A stretch of 64,000 bases of DNA from a virus: the IMG/VR virus record IMGVR_UViG_3300030103_004672, positions 24,678 through 88,677 of that record, one strand, 5' to 3'. Both the position numbers and the translations under genes were made by a program. The notes beneath the pieces are model-generated. The model did not search any database, had not been told where the DNA came from, and saw nothing but the letters and a program-made list of their open reading frames with translations. This document shows positions 1 to 9,733 of this stretch, in pieces; within the stretch, counting starts at the first letter, position 1, and every line of letters starts with the position of its first letter.

Positions 1-2
1 GT

Positions 3-587
3 ATAACAATAAGTAACTCGGGAGCAGATGTTACTGTAAAAACCGTGTCAGACACTCATCAGAGGTATACGGCTGGAAACGAAGACTTGGTATTTCTAAC
101 TCACCAAGACTTTAATATGGTAAGTATAACAACAGCAGCAGGTAGTGGATTTCCTTCTACTTATGATGACGGCCCGGTGCAACGAAATAATACTGATATT
201 AGTTCACTACTTTTTTCTGGAGGTGAAGAAGATGTTTTGTATGCTAGTTACGTGATACCGGCAGGTTTTAATGTAACTAGAGTTGGTGTATTTGGAAACA
301 ACCCTGAGAACAGTGCTACATTTATGGTAAAAACCTCAAACGTTATAGGTTCAGGTGCGGATAATGCATTTGAAGCAAATAAGCAAGTTTTAACATCAAC
401 CCCTACTACATTTGCGGCATTCAAGGCAGCAGCGTACCAAACTGGTGCGGAAGAGTCTACAGTGCCATCTGCTCCATTTCCAACCAACCCGACTGAAACT
501 ACTATCAAAGGCAACTATATAAATATTCAGGTCTATAATCCTGGCAGAATTTTTGGAGCTGTTATTCACTTAACTAGAATTACATAG
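3..587 (+). CDS. C-terminal part of a probable virion/tail-fibre protein (5' truncated by window)
   Basis: Frame is open from position 3 (ITISNSGADVTVKTVSD...), so the GTG at 45 is not the true start; T/S/G/N-rich beta-type composition. Confidence 0.45.
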   Translation: MTISNSGADVTVKTVSDTHQRYTAGNEDLVFLTHQDFNMVSITTAAGSGFPSTYDDGPVQRNNTDISSLLFSGGEEDVLYASYVIPAGFNVTRVGVFGNNPENSATFMVKTSNVIGSGADNAFEANKQVLTSTPTTFAAFKAAAYQTGAEESTVPSAPFPTNPTETTIKGNYINIQVYNPGRIFGAVIHLTRIT

Positions 588-590
588 TAA

Positions 591-1229
591 ATGTTAAAAT
601 ATACTAACGACGAATTAGGTAAGAGTATCCTGATCGACTCGAATGGTGAACAAGTAATGATGGAATGGGAAAAGCCATACATGGAAGCATGTATTGATTT
701 TCTTGAACCAAAAGGAGATGTTTTAGAGATAGGATTTGGTATGGGTTATTCTGCTACTCAGATTCAAAAACATACCCCTAAGTCATACACTATTGTAGAG
801 TGTGATCCTGTTGTGATTGAAAAATGTAAAGAATGGGCTAAACAATATGATAATGTAACTATCATAGAAGCCCGATGGCAAGAAGTAATTACAACTGATA
901 GATTAGGTAAATATGACGAAGTATTCTTTGATGATTTTCCTAACGATATTGAATACAAATCCGAATTAGAGTATTACAACGTAAATACAAGATTCCATCT
1001 TTTTATTGACTTCTTACGAATGCATCATCTAAAGCCTAACGCCAAAATATCTGGATATCTTTGCAAAGGTGAGAGCATGCAAAAAAACAAATATTGGAAG
1101 CATAAGTATATCGATAATAATGCCTGGGACTACAAAGAGAAAATTATTGATATCGAGGTGAGTAAAATACAAAAGTATCATAATTCTGTAAATAAAGCAG
1201 TGATACCTCTCTTAACATACAAATTGTAG
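591..1229 (+). CDS. SAM-dependent methyltransferase, GAMT/RMT2-like
   Basis: VMMEWEKPYM and VLEIGFGMGYSA (motif I), TIVECDP, VFFDDF match guanidinoacetate/RMT2 methyltransferases. Confidence 0.8.
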   Translation: MLKYTNDELGKSILIDSNGEQVMMEWEKPYMEACIDFLEPKGDVLEIGFGMGYSATQIQKHTPKSYTIVECDPVVIEKCKEWAKQYDNVTIIEARWQEVITTDRLGKYDEVFFDDFPNDIEYKSELEYYNVNTRFHLFIDFLRMHHLKPNAKISGYLCKGESMQKNKYWKHKYIDNNAWDYKEKIIDIEVSKIQKYHNSVNKAVIPLLTYKL

Positions 1230-1257
1230 TAAACATTATCGAATGCCAGTGTATAAA
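1230..1257 (+). promoter_or_regulatory. Putative middle promoter TAAAC-N17-TATAAA
   Basis: TAAAC 1230-1234, 17-nt spacer, TATAAA 1252-1257; same geometry recurs 8 times upstream of replication-type genes. Confidence 0.7.
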
Positions 1258-1267
1258 AAGTAAAACA

Positions 1268-1732
1268 ATGGCAAATACAGATAATAAATGTGCTAATCTA
1301 GAAGTACAAGATCATCACAAACATGCCGAAGATACATTTGGTTTAATTTATGACAAACAGCGAGAGCTCCAAGAAAGGTTAGGGTTTGATTTCTCTAATT
1401 ATACTCTTAAGGACGTTGCTGATTTTTGGTTTGTTAACAAACATGCTTTAGATGATGAAATGGGCGAAATGTTCGATGCACTTGGTGGTGTAAATGACGG
1501 TATAGCTAATGCAGCATGGAAGTATTGGAAGAAAGATAATTCGAAGGCATCAAAAATGTCTGTTAAAGATCTTTCAGAAGCTGACCGCCTTGAGTTATAT
1601 TATGAATGGATTGACGGTTTGCATTTCTACATGAACTTTGCGATTGCACTAGGCATGACAAGCAAAGACATCGTAAATTTATACATGGCAAAGAATGCAG
1701 AAAATTTTGACAGACAAGAAAGAGGTTATTAA
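1268..1732 (+). CDS. All-alpha dimeric dUTPase / dCTP pyrophosphatase (T4 gp56-like)
   Basis: DDEMGE, WKYWK, EWIDGLHF and KNAENFDRQERGY motifs. Confidence 0.8.
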   Translation: MANTDNKCANLEVQDHHKHAEDTFGLIYDKQRELQERLGFDFSNYTLKDVADFWFVNKHALDDEMGEMFDALGGVNDGIANAAWKYWKKDNSKASKMSVKDLSEADRLELYYEWIDGLHFYMNFAIALGMTSKDIVNLYMAKNAENFDRQERGY

Positions 1733-1735
1733 TAT

Positions 1736-3139
1736 ATGCTATTAGATGTTTCGCAGGAAGACGGTAACTTGATCGTATCGTACTATAATTTTGAAGGTAA
1801 GACTAGATTTAAACATTACGAATTAACATCAAAGGATTTGTACAATTGGTATCCATGTGATGCAAGTGATAAAAGAGCAGATCTTAAGATGAAGAACTGG
1901 GATGGTACACCAGTTAGAAAGGGTCGTACAAAGCATCTTAATAAGTATCGTGTTATTGAATACTTAGAGAACATACCTGAGCAAGATAAGAAGACTATAT
2001 TCGGATATGATTTTCCTAAGACATATTTTATTGATATCGAAGTTGAAGTAACTGATAGTTTCCCAGAACCTGAAAAGGCTGAGAATGCTATTACAGCTAT
2101 TTGTATAGTAACGCCTGCAAATCAATGTGTAGTTCTCGCAACACGAGACATTCCAAAGGAGCAATATGGTGCTATTGAAAACCAGATAAATGAACACTTC
2201 AAAAGCACTGGTGAGACATTTACATTTGACATGAAATGTTTTAAGTCTGAATACGACATGCTATACACATTTCTTAAGTCATTTGTAAGAAAGTTCCCTA
2301 TGATGACTGGTTGGAACTTTGTTAAGTTTGACTGGGCTTACATAGTAAATAGAGCAAAAAAGCTTGGGATAGATGCTTCAATAGCTTCACCCCTTGACAG
2401 GTTATTCAGCAACAATAATTATCCGTCACACGTTGGTGTTATGGATTACATGGAGATATATTCTAAGTGGGACAGAACTGTAAGTATCAAAGATGATCTT
2501 AAACTCGATACTGCTGGAGCTGCTGTACTAGGAATTAAGAAGATAAAGTATGATGGCACACTGCAGGATCTGTACGAGAAAGAATACTCAAAATACATAT
2601 TTTACAATGCTGTAGATACGGCTCTAGTACAACTAATCCATAAGAAGATTAAGACGATGGATATTGCGTTGACAATATCACATATGAGTAGGATTAGTAT
2701 ATTTAAAGCTGCCTCACCTGTTGCAATTACAGAATCTTTGTTATGTAAAGAATTCTTAAAGCAAAACAGAGTTATGGCAACTCTTGATGAGAAGAATACA
2801 AAAAGCAGACAGTATGAAGGTGCATTTGTAAAACAACCAATAACAGGCATGCATAACTCTGTTGCATGTTTTGACTTTGCATCACTTTATCCATCAATCA
2901 TGAGACAGATGAATGTCTCTCCTGAAAGTTTTGTAAAGAAGGTAGACCCTAAACATACGTCTGATGAAATGGCTGATGATAGAATAGTTGCTATAAATGG
3001 AGTCGTTTATAAGTCTGAGGAATCAATTCTAAAAAGGATTCTTGCAGATCTATATGGTCAGCGTAAAGAATATAAAAAGAAATCTTTCGAATTGCAGCAA
3101 AAAGCTTATGACCTCGAAAAAACCTTACCAAAAACATAA
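1736..3139 (+). CDS. gp43: Family B DNA polymerase, N-terminal subunit (3'-5' exonuclease + motif A); split gene part A
   Basis: ExoI FIDIEV, ExoII GWNFVKFDW, ExoIII YNAVDT, motif A DFASLYPSIM; ends in first fingers helix (YGQRKEYKKK); no motif B or C. Confidence 0.92.
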   Translation: MLLDVSQEDGNLIVSYYNFEGKTRFKHYELTSKDLYNWYPCDASDKRADLKMKNWDGTPVRKGRTKHLNKYRVIEYLENIPEQDKKTIFGYDFPKTYFIDIEVEVTDSFPEPEKAENAITAICIVTPANQCVVLATRDIPKEQYGAIENQINEHFKSTGETFTFDMKCFKSEYDMLYTFLKSFVRKFPMMTGWNFVKFDWAYIVNRAKKLGIDASIASPLDRLFSNNNYPSHVGVMDYMEIYSKWDRTVSIKDDLKLDTAGAAVLGIKKIKYDGTLQDLYEKEYSKYIFYNAVDTALVQLIHKKIKTMDIALTISHMSRISIFKAASPVAITESLLCKEFLKQNRVMATLDEKNTKSRQYEGAFVKQPITGMHNSVACFDFASLYPSIMRQMNVSPESFVKKVDPKHTSDEMADDRIVAINGVVYKSEESILKRILADLYGQRKEYKKKSFELQQKAYDLEKTLPKT

Positions 3140-3205
3140 TTTTACCTTTTACTATCATCTTTAACCTGATAGATAAAACTCACAATCAAAAAGAATCACT
3201 AATTA

Positions 3206-4207
3206 ATGAGCATACCTAAACTATTTGAAGAAAGAATACCGTTCAAGCCATTTGAATTTCAGGAGTATTATACTGACGGTTGGCTAGCCCAGGCACAAGC
3301 CTTTTGGTTACATACCGAGATTGCAATGCAATCTGATATAAAAGACTGGAATGAGAATCTTAGTCCAGAAGAGAAGAATCTTGTGGGCAACATCTTATTA
3401 GGATTTGCTCAAACAGAATGCGCCGTTAGCGATTATTGGACAACCATGGTTACTAAATGGTTTCCAAAGCATGAAATTAAGCAGATGGCAATGATGTTTG
3501 GTTCACAGGAAACCATACATGCAACTGCCTATTCATACTTAAACGAAACTTTAGGTCTAGAAGATTTCGAGGCATTTTTGCACGAGCCTTCAATTGCAGA
3601 TAGATTTGAATTGTTGGTTGCAACTAAGGCTGACTACACTCATGAAGATCTAGCAATCAGCGAAGAGGCTAGAATCGATGTTGCAAAATCACTCGCAATA
3701 TTCTCTGCATTTGCTGAAGGCGTTTCACTGTACTCGTCATTTGCTGTGCTTTACTCTTTTCAGATGCGAAATTTATTAAAAGGTATCGGACAACAGATGA
3801 AGTGGTCAGTACGTGACGAGAGTCTTCATTCAAAAATGGGATGCAAACTATTCAACCATATGTGCACCGAATATCCTGAATTAAGAAGTGAAGTACGTAT
3901 TAAGGTAGAACAAGCAGCTGCCTTGATGGTCGAAATGGAGCACAAGTATATAGACAAAATATTTGAATCTGGCGATCTTGAAAATTTAACTGCTAGCGAC
4001 CTCAAAAATTTTATTTCTAGAAGAGCAAATGAAAAATTAGTTGAGCTAGGATATGAATCTATTTTTAATTATGACGCAGAAAGTGCGGATAATCTTAATT
4101 GGTTCTATCATTTAACAGGAGGTTTAACACACACTGACTTCTTTGCAATTCGACCTACTGACTATTCTAAGGCTGGAGAGGGCGATGATTGGGATAATGT
4201 TTGGTAA
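3206..4207 (+). CDS. nrdB: Ribonucleotide reductase class I beta subunit
   Basis: FW..E, ETIHATAYS, EGVSLYSSF, RDESLH di-metal ligands, HTDFF. Confidence 0.95.
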   Translation: MSIPKLFEERIPFKPFEFQEYYTDGWLAQAQAFWLHTEIAMQSDIKDWNENLSPEEKNLVGNILLGFAQTECAVSDYWTTMVTKWFPKHEIKQMAMMFGSQETIHATAYSYLNETLGLEDFEAFLHEPSIADRFELLVATKADYTHEDLAISEEARIDVAKSLAIFSAFAEGVSLYSSFAVLYSFQMRNLLKGIGQQMKWSVRDESLHSKMGCKLFNHMCTEYPELRSEVRIKVEQAAALMVEMEHKYIDKIFESGDLENLTASDLKNFISRRANEKLVELGYESIFNYDAESADNLNWFYHLTGGLTHTDFFAIRPTDYSKAGEGDDWDNVW

Positions 4208-4222
4208 AAAATATATTTAATA

Positions 4223-6007
4223 ATGAATACTGTAGATATTTTAGCCCATCAGTTAGGATGGGAGAGGGGAGTAGACTACCCAGAGTGGGGTCATACTGAT
4301 GTTTATTTGGCGACAATATCGAAGGGTTATTGTTATCAAAATGAAACACCTAGGGATGCATATTGGAGAGTTGCTACAACAATTTCAAAAAGGTTAAAAA
4401 AACCGGAGTTAGCCGATAAGTTCTTTAACTATATCTGGAATGGTTGGCTTTGTCTTGCATCACCAGTTTTATCAAACACTGGAACAGAAAGGGGCTTGCC
4501 AATTTCATGCTTTGGAATAGACGTTGGAGACAGCATCCATGAAATAGGCACTAAGAATCTAGAACTGATGTTGCTTGCTAAGTATGGTGGTGGGGTCGGA
4601 ATTGGCCATAACCAGATCAGACCAGCAGGATCAGAGATAACTAATAATGGAACAAGTGACGGTATAGTACCTTTCATTAAGATCAATGACTCTACTATAC
4701 TAGCTACAAACCAGGGAACAGTTAGGCGAGGTGCAGCTAGCTCAAACATTAACATTGATCATGAGGACTTTTGGGAATGGCTAGAGATAAGAGAGCCTAA
4801 GGGTGATATTAATAGACAATGCCTGAACATGAACCAGTGCGTGATTATTGGTGATAAGTTTATGAGAAAACTTCAGGAAGGAGATCGTGATGCCAGAGAA
4901 AGGTACTTAGCAGTTATCAAAAAGCGCAGGCAAACTGGGCAGCCCTATATAATGTATAGAGGTAATGTCAACAAGCAGAATCCAGAAGCATATAAAAATA
5001 ACGGCTTGAAAGTATTCATGACTAATATATGTAGCGAAATTGTCCTACATACCGATGAAAGCCACTCTTTTGTGTGTTGTTTATCGTCGCTGAATCTTGC
5101 GAAATATGATGAGTGGAAAAACACAAATTTAATTTATGACTCAACAGTTTTTTTAGACGGTGTATTAGAAGAGTTCATACAGCGTGCTAAGAACTTAAAG
5201 GGCTTTGAGAATGCAGTCAGATTTGCAGAAAAGGGAAGAGCCTTAGGTCTAGGGGTTTTAGGATGGCATACTTATTTGCAACAGCGAGGCATACCATTTG
5301 ACTCATTGGCCGCACAGTTTGAAACTAGGAATATATTTAGCCAACTCAAAATAGAGAGTGAGAGAGCAAGTAGAGATTTAGCTGAGGAATATGGAGAACC
5401 ATTGTGGTGCAGAGATACAGGTTTTAGAAATACACATCTTAGAGCCGTTGCGCCAACAGTGTCAAACTCAAAGTTATCTGGTGGCATTTCAGCAGGCATT
5501 GAACCAATTCCAGCGAACGTGTTCACAGATCAGTCTGCGAAGGGAACATTTATAAGAAAAAATCCAATATTAGAAACTGTATTAGATAGAATCGGCTATA
5601 ATAATGAATCTGCATGGAATAAAATCATGGCAGATGGTGGGTCTGTACAAGACCTACAAATTTTAGATGACTGGTGCTATTTGAGAGGTCGACTGGTTAG
5701 AACAGATGAGGTAACAGATCAAGAAAAATCTGAAATTTATCCAGCAAAAGACGTGTTTAAGACGTTTAAAGAGGTCAATCAGCTAGAACTTATAAGACAA
5801 GCAGGCATCAGGCAGCAATATATAGATCAAGCAGTTTCTCTAAACCTGGCATTCCCAAAGGCCGCCACACCTAAGTGGATACTGGATTGCCACCTAGAAG
5901 CATGGAAACTTGGTGTAAAAACTTTATACTATATGAGAACGGAATCAGTCCTTAGAGGAGACATCGCAGCAGCTGCTATGTCAGATTGCCTACACTGCGA
6001 CGGCTGA
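4223..6007 (+). CDS. nrdA: Ribonucleotide reductase class I alpha subunit (short, no ATP cone)
   Basis: ASPVLSN, PISCF, TNICSEI, CCLSSLN, APTVSNS, KTLYY, C-terminal CLHCDG. Confidence 0.95.
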   Translation: MNTVDILAHQLGWERGVDYPEWGHTDVYLATISKGYCYQNETPRDAYWRVATTISKRLKKPELADKFFNYIWNGWLCLASPVLSNTGTERGLPISCFGIDVGDSIHEIGTKNLELMLLAKYGGGVGIGHNQIRPAGSEITNNGTSDGIVPFIKINDSTILATNQGTVRRGAASSNINIDHEDFWEWLEIREPKGDINRQCLNMNQCVIIGDKFMRKLQEGDRDARERYLAVIKKRRQTGQPYIMYRGNVNKQNPEAYKNNGLKVFMTNICSEIVLHTDESHSFVCCLSSLNLAKYDEWKNTNLIYDSTVFLDGVLEEFIQRAKNLKGFENAVRFAEKGRALGLGVLGWHTYLQQRGIPFDSLAAQFETRNIFSQLKIESERASRDLAEEYGEPLWCRDTGFRNTHLRAVAPTVSNSKLSGGISAGIEPIPANVFTDQSAKGTFIRKNPILETVLDRIGYNNESAWNKIMADGGSVQDLQILDDWCYLRGRLVRTDEVTDQEKSEIYPAKDVFKTFKEVNQLELIRQAGIRQQYIDQAVSLNLAFPKAATPKWILDCHLEAWKLGVKTLYYMRTESVLRGDIAAAAMSDCLHCDG

Positions 6008-6022
6008 TAATTATATTAATTA

Positions 6023-6775
6023 GTGGATAATTTAAACATTTATATAGTAGGACCATGTAGTGTGGAAAGTAGCTTTATTTTTGGATGCGTTGCAGAGAAA
6101 ATGACTAGCGCGATACCAGACGATAAGAACTGGTATTTAAAAGGAAGCTTTGACAAAGCGAACAGAACTAGTGTCGAAGCGCCTAGAGGTCCTGGAATTT
6201 ATGATTCTATTGATATTTTTGAAGATATTAAAGAAAAATTCACAAATATTAAAATCACTACCGATATCCACGAGCCCTGGCAGGCTGAAAAATTGAGGCA
6301 CATTGTTGATATGATCCAAGTTCCAGCATTTTTATGCAGACAAACTGATTTGATAAGAGAATGTGCACATAATTTTGATGTGATAAATGTAAAGAAAGGC
6401 CAATGGATGGATCCTGGATCAATGCGACATGTGGTTGAGAAGATACGTTATTATAATGAAGATGCAAAGGTATACATCACAGAACGTGGCACTCAGTTTG
6501 GATACGACAGGGTCATAGTAGACTATAGAGCTGTTGATATCATGAAGGAATTTTGCGATGGTGTCATATTGGATTGTACACATTCAACTCAACAGTTAGG
6601 GCAGGGAACTACTGGTGGTAATAGAAATCTTGCAAAGGCATATGTTAAAACTGCAAGAGAATTTGGTTATGATGGAATTTTTGCAGAAACACATCCAGCT
6701 CCAGATACTGCAATTTCTGATAAGGATAGCCAAATAGACTTAGAGTGGATGGCTAGCGTGATAAATACTATATGA
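6023..6775 (+). CDS. kdsA: KDO-8-phosphate synthase
   Basis: GPCSVES, KGSFDKANRTS, QVPAFLCRQTDL, KKGQW, ERG, DCTHS, ETHP..D..SD. Confidence 0.9.
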   Translation: MDNLNIYIVGPCSVESSFIFGCVAEKMTSAIPDDKNWYLKGSFDKANRTSVEAPRGPGIYDSIDIFEDIKEKFTNIKITTDIHEPWQAEKLRHIVDMIQVPAFLCRQTDLIRECAHNFDVINVKKGQWMDPGSMRHVVEKIRYYNEDAKVYITERGTQFGYDRVIVDYRAVDIMKEFCDGVILDCTHSTQQLGQGTTGGNRNLAKAYVKTAREFGYDGIFAETHPAPDTAISDKDSQIDLEWMASVINTI

Positions 6776-7221
6776 AATATTCAAGATCCGCAGGACTGGC
6801 AATCATATACAAAGGGACAGTATTAATGGGGCATCCTAGTAATGGATCTTGGGTTGGTAGATATAGTATTCCAAAAGGTCACGTTGAAGATAGCGAATCG
6901 ATTTTAGAGGCTGCGATTAGAGAGACAAAGGAAGAGGTTGGCATATCAGTTCCACTTGAAATGATTGACAAAACCCCTTACAGAGTTTACAGAATAGGTA
7001 AGCACAGCATTAAAACAGTTTTTTATTATATAGTAAAAATTGACGATCTTGGGCAAATCGGACTAGATACGATAAAGGTACCAAAAGAACAGCTTCAGAT
7101 AGAGGAAATCGACTGGGCTGGATTTATAACATACAAAGAAGCTAAGCTTAGATCATCTAGGTATCAATTAGCACTGATAGATAACTTACTTAATTTAGGA
7201 TTATTAAACCCAACTTTATAA
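6772..7221 (+). CDS. NUDIX hydrolase
   Basis: Nudix box GHVEDSESILEAAIRETKEEVG. Confidence 0.9.
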   Translation: MKYSRSAGLAIIYKGTVLMGHPSNGSWVGRYSIPKGHVEDSESILEAAIRETKEEVGISVPLEMIDKTPYRVYRIGKHSIKTVFYYIVKIDDLGQIGLDTIKVPKEQLQIEEIDWAGFITYKEAKLRSSRYQLALIDNLLNLGLLNPTL

Positions 7222-7230
7222 AAAAATATT

Positions 7231-7410
7231 ATGATGGAAAAATTTGAAAACATTGAGACTTTGATTGAATCAGCAAGAGTAGAGGCTGAAAAATTCTATC
7301 AGAAAGGAAACAAAACAGCTGGCACTAGATTAAGAAAACTCATGCAGGATTTAAAGAACGCTGCACAAGAAGTTAGAGTAGAAGTACAAGAGACTAAGGC
7401 TAACCTATAA
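7231..7410 (+). CDS. Histone H1-like (Hc1-type) small protein of Bacteroidota type; absent from ORF track (59 aa)
   Basis: Manual translation MMEKFENIETLIESARVEAEKFYQKGNKTAGTRLRKLMQDLKNAAQEVRVEVQETKANL; KFY.KGNK.AGTR.RK is the family signature. Confidence 0.8.
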   Translation: MMEKFENIETLIESARVEAEKFYQKGNKTAGTRLRKLMQDLKNAAQEVRVEVQETKANL

Positions 7411-7435
7411 ACAAGTAGGATCTTTTTCGTATAAT
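7408..7435 (+). promoter_or_regulatory. Putative middle promoter TAAAC-N17-TATAAT driving the 7440-10621 operon
   Basis: TAAAC 7408-7412, TATAAT 7430-7435, ATG at 7440. Confidence 0.7.
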
Positions 7436-7439
7436 ATTT

Positions 7440-8522
7440 ATGGAAAAGCATACGCAGCTAAAGTACTTAACAGACTACATTAGTGATAAATCTACAAGTA
7501 TAGCAATCGCTGCGCTTGTAGGTAAACTAAGTCCAAAGGCGAGTTCACACAAATCAGGTTGGGCATACCACTTAGCAAACCAGTGCCATAATGCCGGTTA
7601 CGAAAACGTCACAGTAGTAACAGATACTACCACAAATTGGGATGATTTCGATGTCGTGCTAATTGAGCATGGGATGGAGTTCAAGGGCACTTTTAATATT
7701 TTCGGTGGTGCAAATGATGATCTTTATTATCAAATAACACGGATCTTTAGTTCTGCTAAGATGTTCAGCCTTCATCATGATATGCCTTGCATAGGTTCTT
7801 TGATAGAAAAAAGGCTGCATACTGGAAGCGACTTATTCAAGACGCTAGAAAGAAAAATTGAAGAGGTTAAAAAGATTTGTGCAAACAATATTACCAGAAT
7901 TGATTGCATCGAAAAAACCGACAAGCTATGTTTTGGTGACAGCCACTCATTTAGCCAATACACACCAGGATATATGACTAGTCGCCACGACGGTCTAACT
8001 ATGCACGGTGCATTAAAACGAGGTCTAGACACATATGTCTATCCTTGGATAAAGTCTCTAAGAATATACCTTGGAAATATCGACGTTAGGCATCATCTTA
8101 TGCGACAGCATAATCCAGAAATGGCTGTTGATAAATTACTAGCTCAATATGAAGATGGTCTTATGAAGCTACAAGAATCAGGAGTTGTGGATATAGAAGT
8201 TGTGCACACTTTACCAATAGAAAACGAGAGTAGAGCTTTGCCAAAAACTGGATACTACAAAGGTACTCCATTTACTGGAACATGGGAAGAACGAACTGAT
8301 TTGGTAAAGCAAATTAATAAAGGTATTGATAAAATGTGTGAAAGAAATGGTTGGAGTTCTTATAAGCATCCTGAGGTATTTTATAACCATATAGGTGAAC
8401 TTCCGTTTGACGTTATGGAAAAGCCAAAATCAGTACATATCGCTCGAGAATACTATAGATGGGATTTAGTAAACAATCGTAAAAACAAAAAGCTGATCAA
8501 GCAATCGATGTCTTTGTTTTAA
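7440..8522 (+). CDS. Putative DNA-modifying enzyme: beta-glucosyltransferase-like N-domain fused to SGNH-like domain, C-terminal clamp-binding-like tail
   Basis: DDFDVVLI...FNIFGG and MFSLHHDMP resemble T4 BGT N-domain; CFGDSHS, G, LGNIDVR, SVH resemble SGNH blocks I/II/III/V; ends QSMSLF. Confidence 0.5.
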   Translation: MEKHTQLKYLTDYISDKSTSIAIAALVGKLSPKASSHKSGWAYHLANQCHNAGYENVTVVTDTTTNWDDFDVVLIEHGMEFKGTFNIFGGANDDLYYQITRIFSSAKMFSLHHDMPCIGSLIEKRLHTGSDLFKTLERKIEEVKKICANNITRIDCIEKTDKLCFGDSHSFSQYTPGYMTSRHDGLTMHGALKRGLDTYVYPWIKSLRIYLGNIDVRHHLMRQHNPEMAVDKLLAQYEDGLMKLQESGVVDIEVVHTLPIENESRALPKTGYYKGTPFTGTWEERTDLVKQINKGIDKMCERNGWSSYKHPEVFYNHIGELPFDVMEKPKSVHIAREYYRWDLVNNRKNKKLIKQSMSLF

Positions 8523-8526
8523 AATT

Positions 8527-9729
8527 ATGGAAATAAAAACAACCAAATACTACGACGAATATTTGAGGTATTTTAATTTAGCAAAGAGGCAACAGGATTC
8601 GAGCAATCTCGGACATGTGCCACACGCAGATTCAGATCTAGATGATGAACTAATGCATCACATTGAACTATACGATGTGGTAGAGAGAAAATATGCCGGG
8701 TTTTCACAGATTGTTAACGATTGTTTTTACGGATGGTCAGAAGATCACCCGTATTGGTCAAGAATGAATGCAGGTCTTTATACAACTCAAAGAAAGCAGG
8801 TTGCAACGAACTGGACTGGCAAGCAAAATCATTTTGATCTGGCAGAATGGCTTTATGTTTTTATACTTCATAGAGTCACAGGATCTGCTATTAACTATGC
8901 AACTAAGCCAAGTGGCTATCATAACACCCTTCTATTTGATTTATGGCAATCTGATACTATAGAACAAATGTGCAAACAGGTTAAGGAGGCAACAAAATCT
9001 TTTTACACATCTGTTGGCTATCAGTTTCCAGCATTCCCAAAGCCACCTGCGCCAAAATCAAATGCTGATTTTAGCTTTAGCACAAAGAGAGAATACGTGT
9101 ATAAAAGAGGCGGCGATTACTTTCTATGTGAGTTCGCACCTAGACTTGCAAGGGATATGGCGCATTTTCTTGAGCAGGGTGGCAAAAAGGATCTTAGAGA
9201 GCTTGGAGAATGGATGTTTAAATGGAATAAGGACAATGGACTAAGAGCTTACAAATTTCAATATGCAGCTGTTATTGCCGATGTTGCAGATTGGTTTCCA
9301 CAATATATCAATAGGGAATCTATGTTTTTCTATGGAACAAACGCGGTAGAGTGCATTGGTTATCTAGCAGATCCAATAAATGGCAAGGGCAAAAAATCAG
9401 AGCCTTTTTTAGATGCAGTCATGACAAGAATTTATGAAGATACTGGATCACTACCATATAATGCCGAGGATGTTGCATGTGACTTTATTCGTTGGATAGA
9501 AAATTACATGAGACCAGGTGCGGATTATAAGCATATCAACATGGACACTCTTTGGAACTCATCTACAATAATTGATCATCCGTTTGGTAGACAGAGGGCA
9601 ATGCTTGAGTTAGGGCTATTAGAATCTTTCAATGGAATGACCAATCACCCATCTGATGACAAAGTTATAAAAGCAGCTGGTATTGATGTAGATGAGTACA
9701 AAAAACGTGTTTCGAAACTTTATAATTAA
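8527..9729 (+). CDS. aG/PT-PPlase-like (HhH-glycosylase fold) DNA base transferase
   Basis: Ordered motifs LYDVVER, LHR, KFQYAAVIADV, YGTNA, NAEDVACDFIRW parallel the N..R / FR / F.AYQ..D / GPGA / E..LCE..K pattern; adjacent to a PLP enzyme. Confidence 0.55.
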   Translation: MEIKTTKYYDEYLRYFNLAKRQQDSSNLGHVPHADSDLDDELMHHIELYDVVERKYAGFSQIVNDCFYGWSEDHPYWSRMNAGLYTTQRKQVATNWTGKQNHFDLAEWLYVFILHRVTGSAINYATKPSGYHNTLLFDLWQSDTIEQMCKQVKEATKSFYTSVGYQFPAFPKPPAPKSNADFSFSTKREYVYKRGGDYFLCEFAPRLARDMAHFLEQGGKKDLRELGEWMFKWNKDNGLRAYKFQYAAVIADVADWFPQYINRESMFFYGTNAVECIGYLADPINGKGKKSEPFLDAVMTRIYEDTGSLPYNAEDVACDFIRWIENYMRPGADYKHINMDTLWNSSTIIDHPFGRQRAMLELGLLESFNGMTNHPSDDKVIKAAGIDVDEYKKRVSKLYN

Positions 9730-9733
9730 GATT

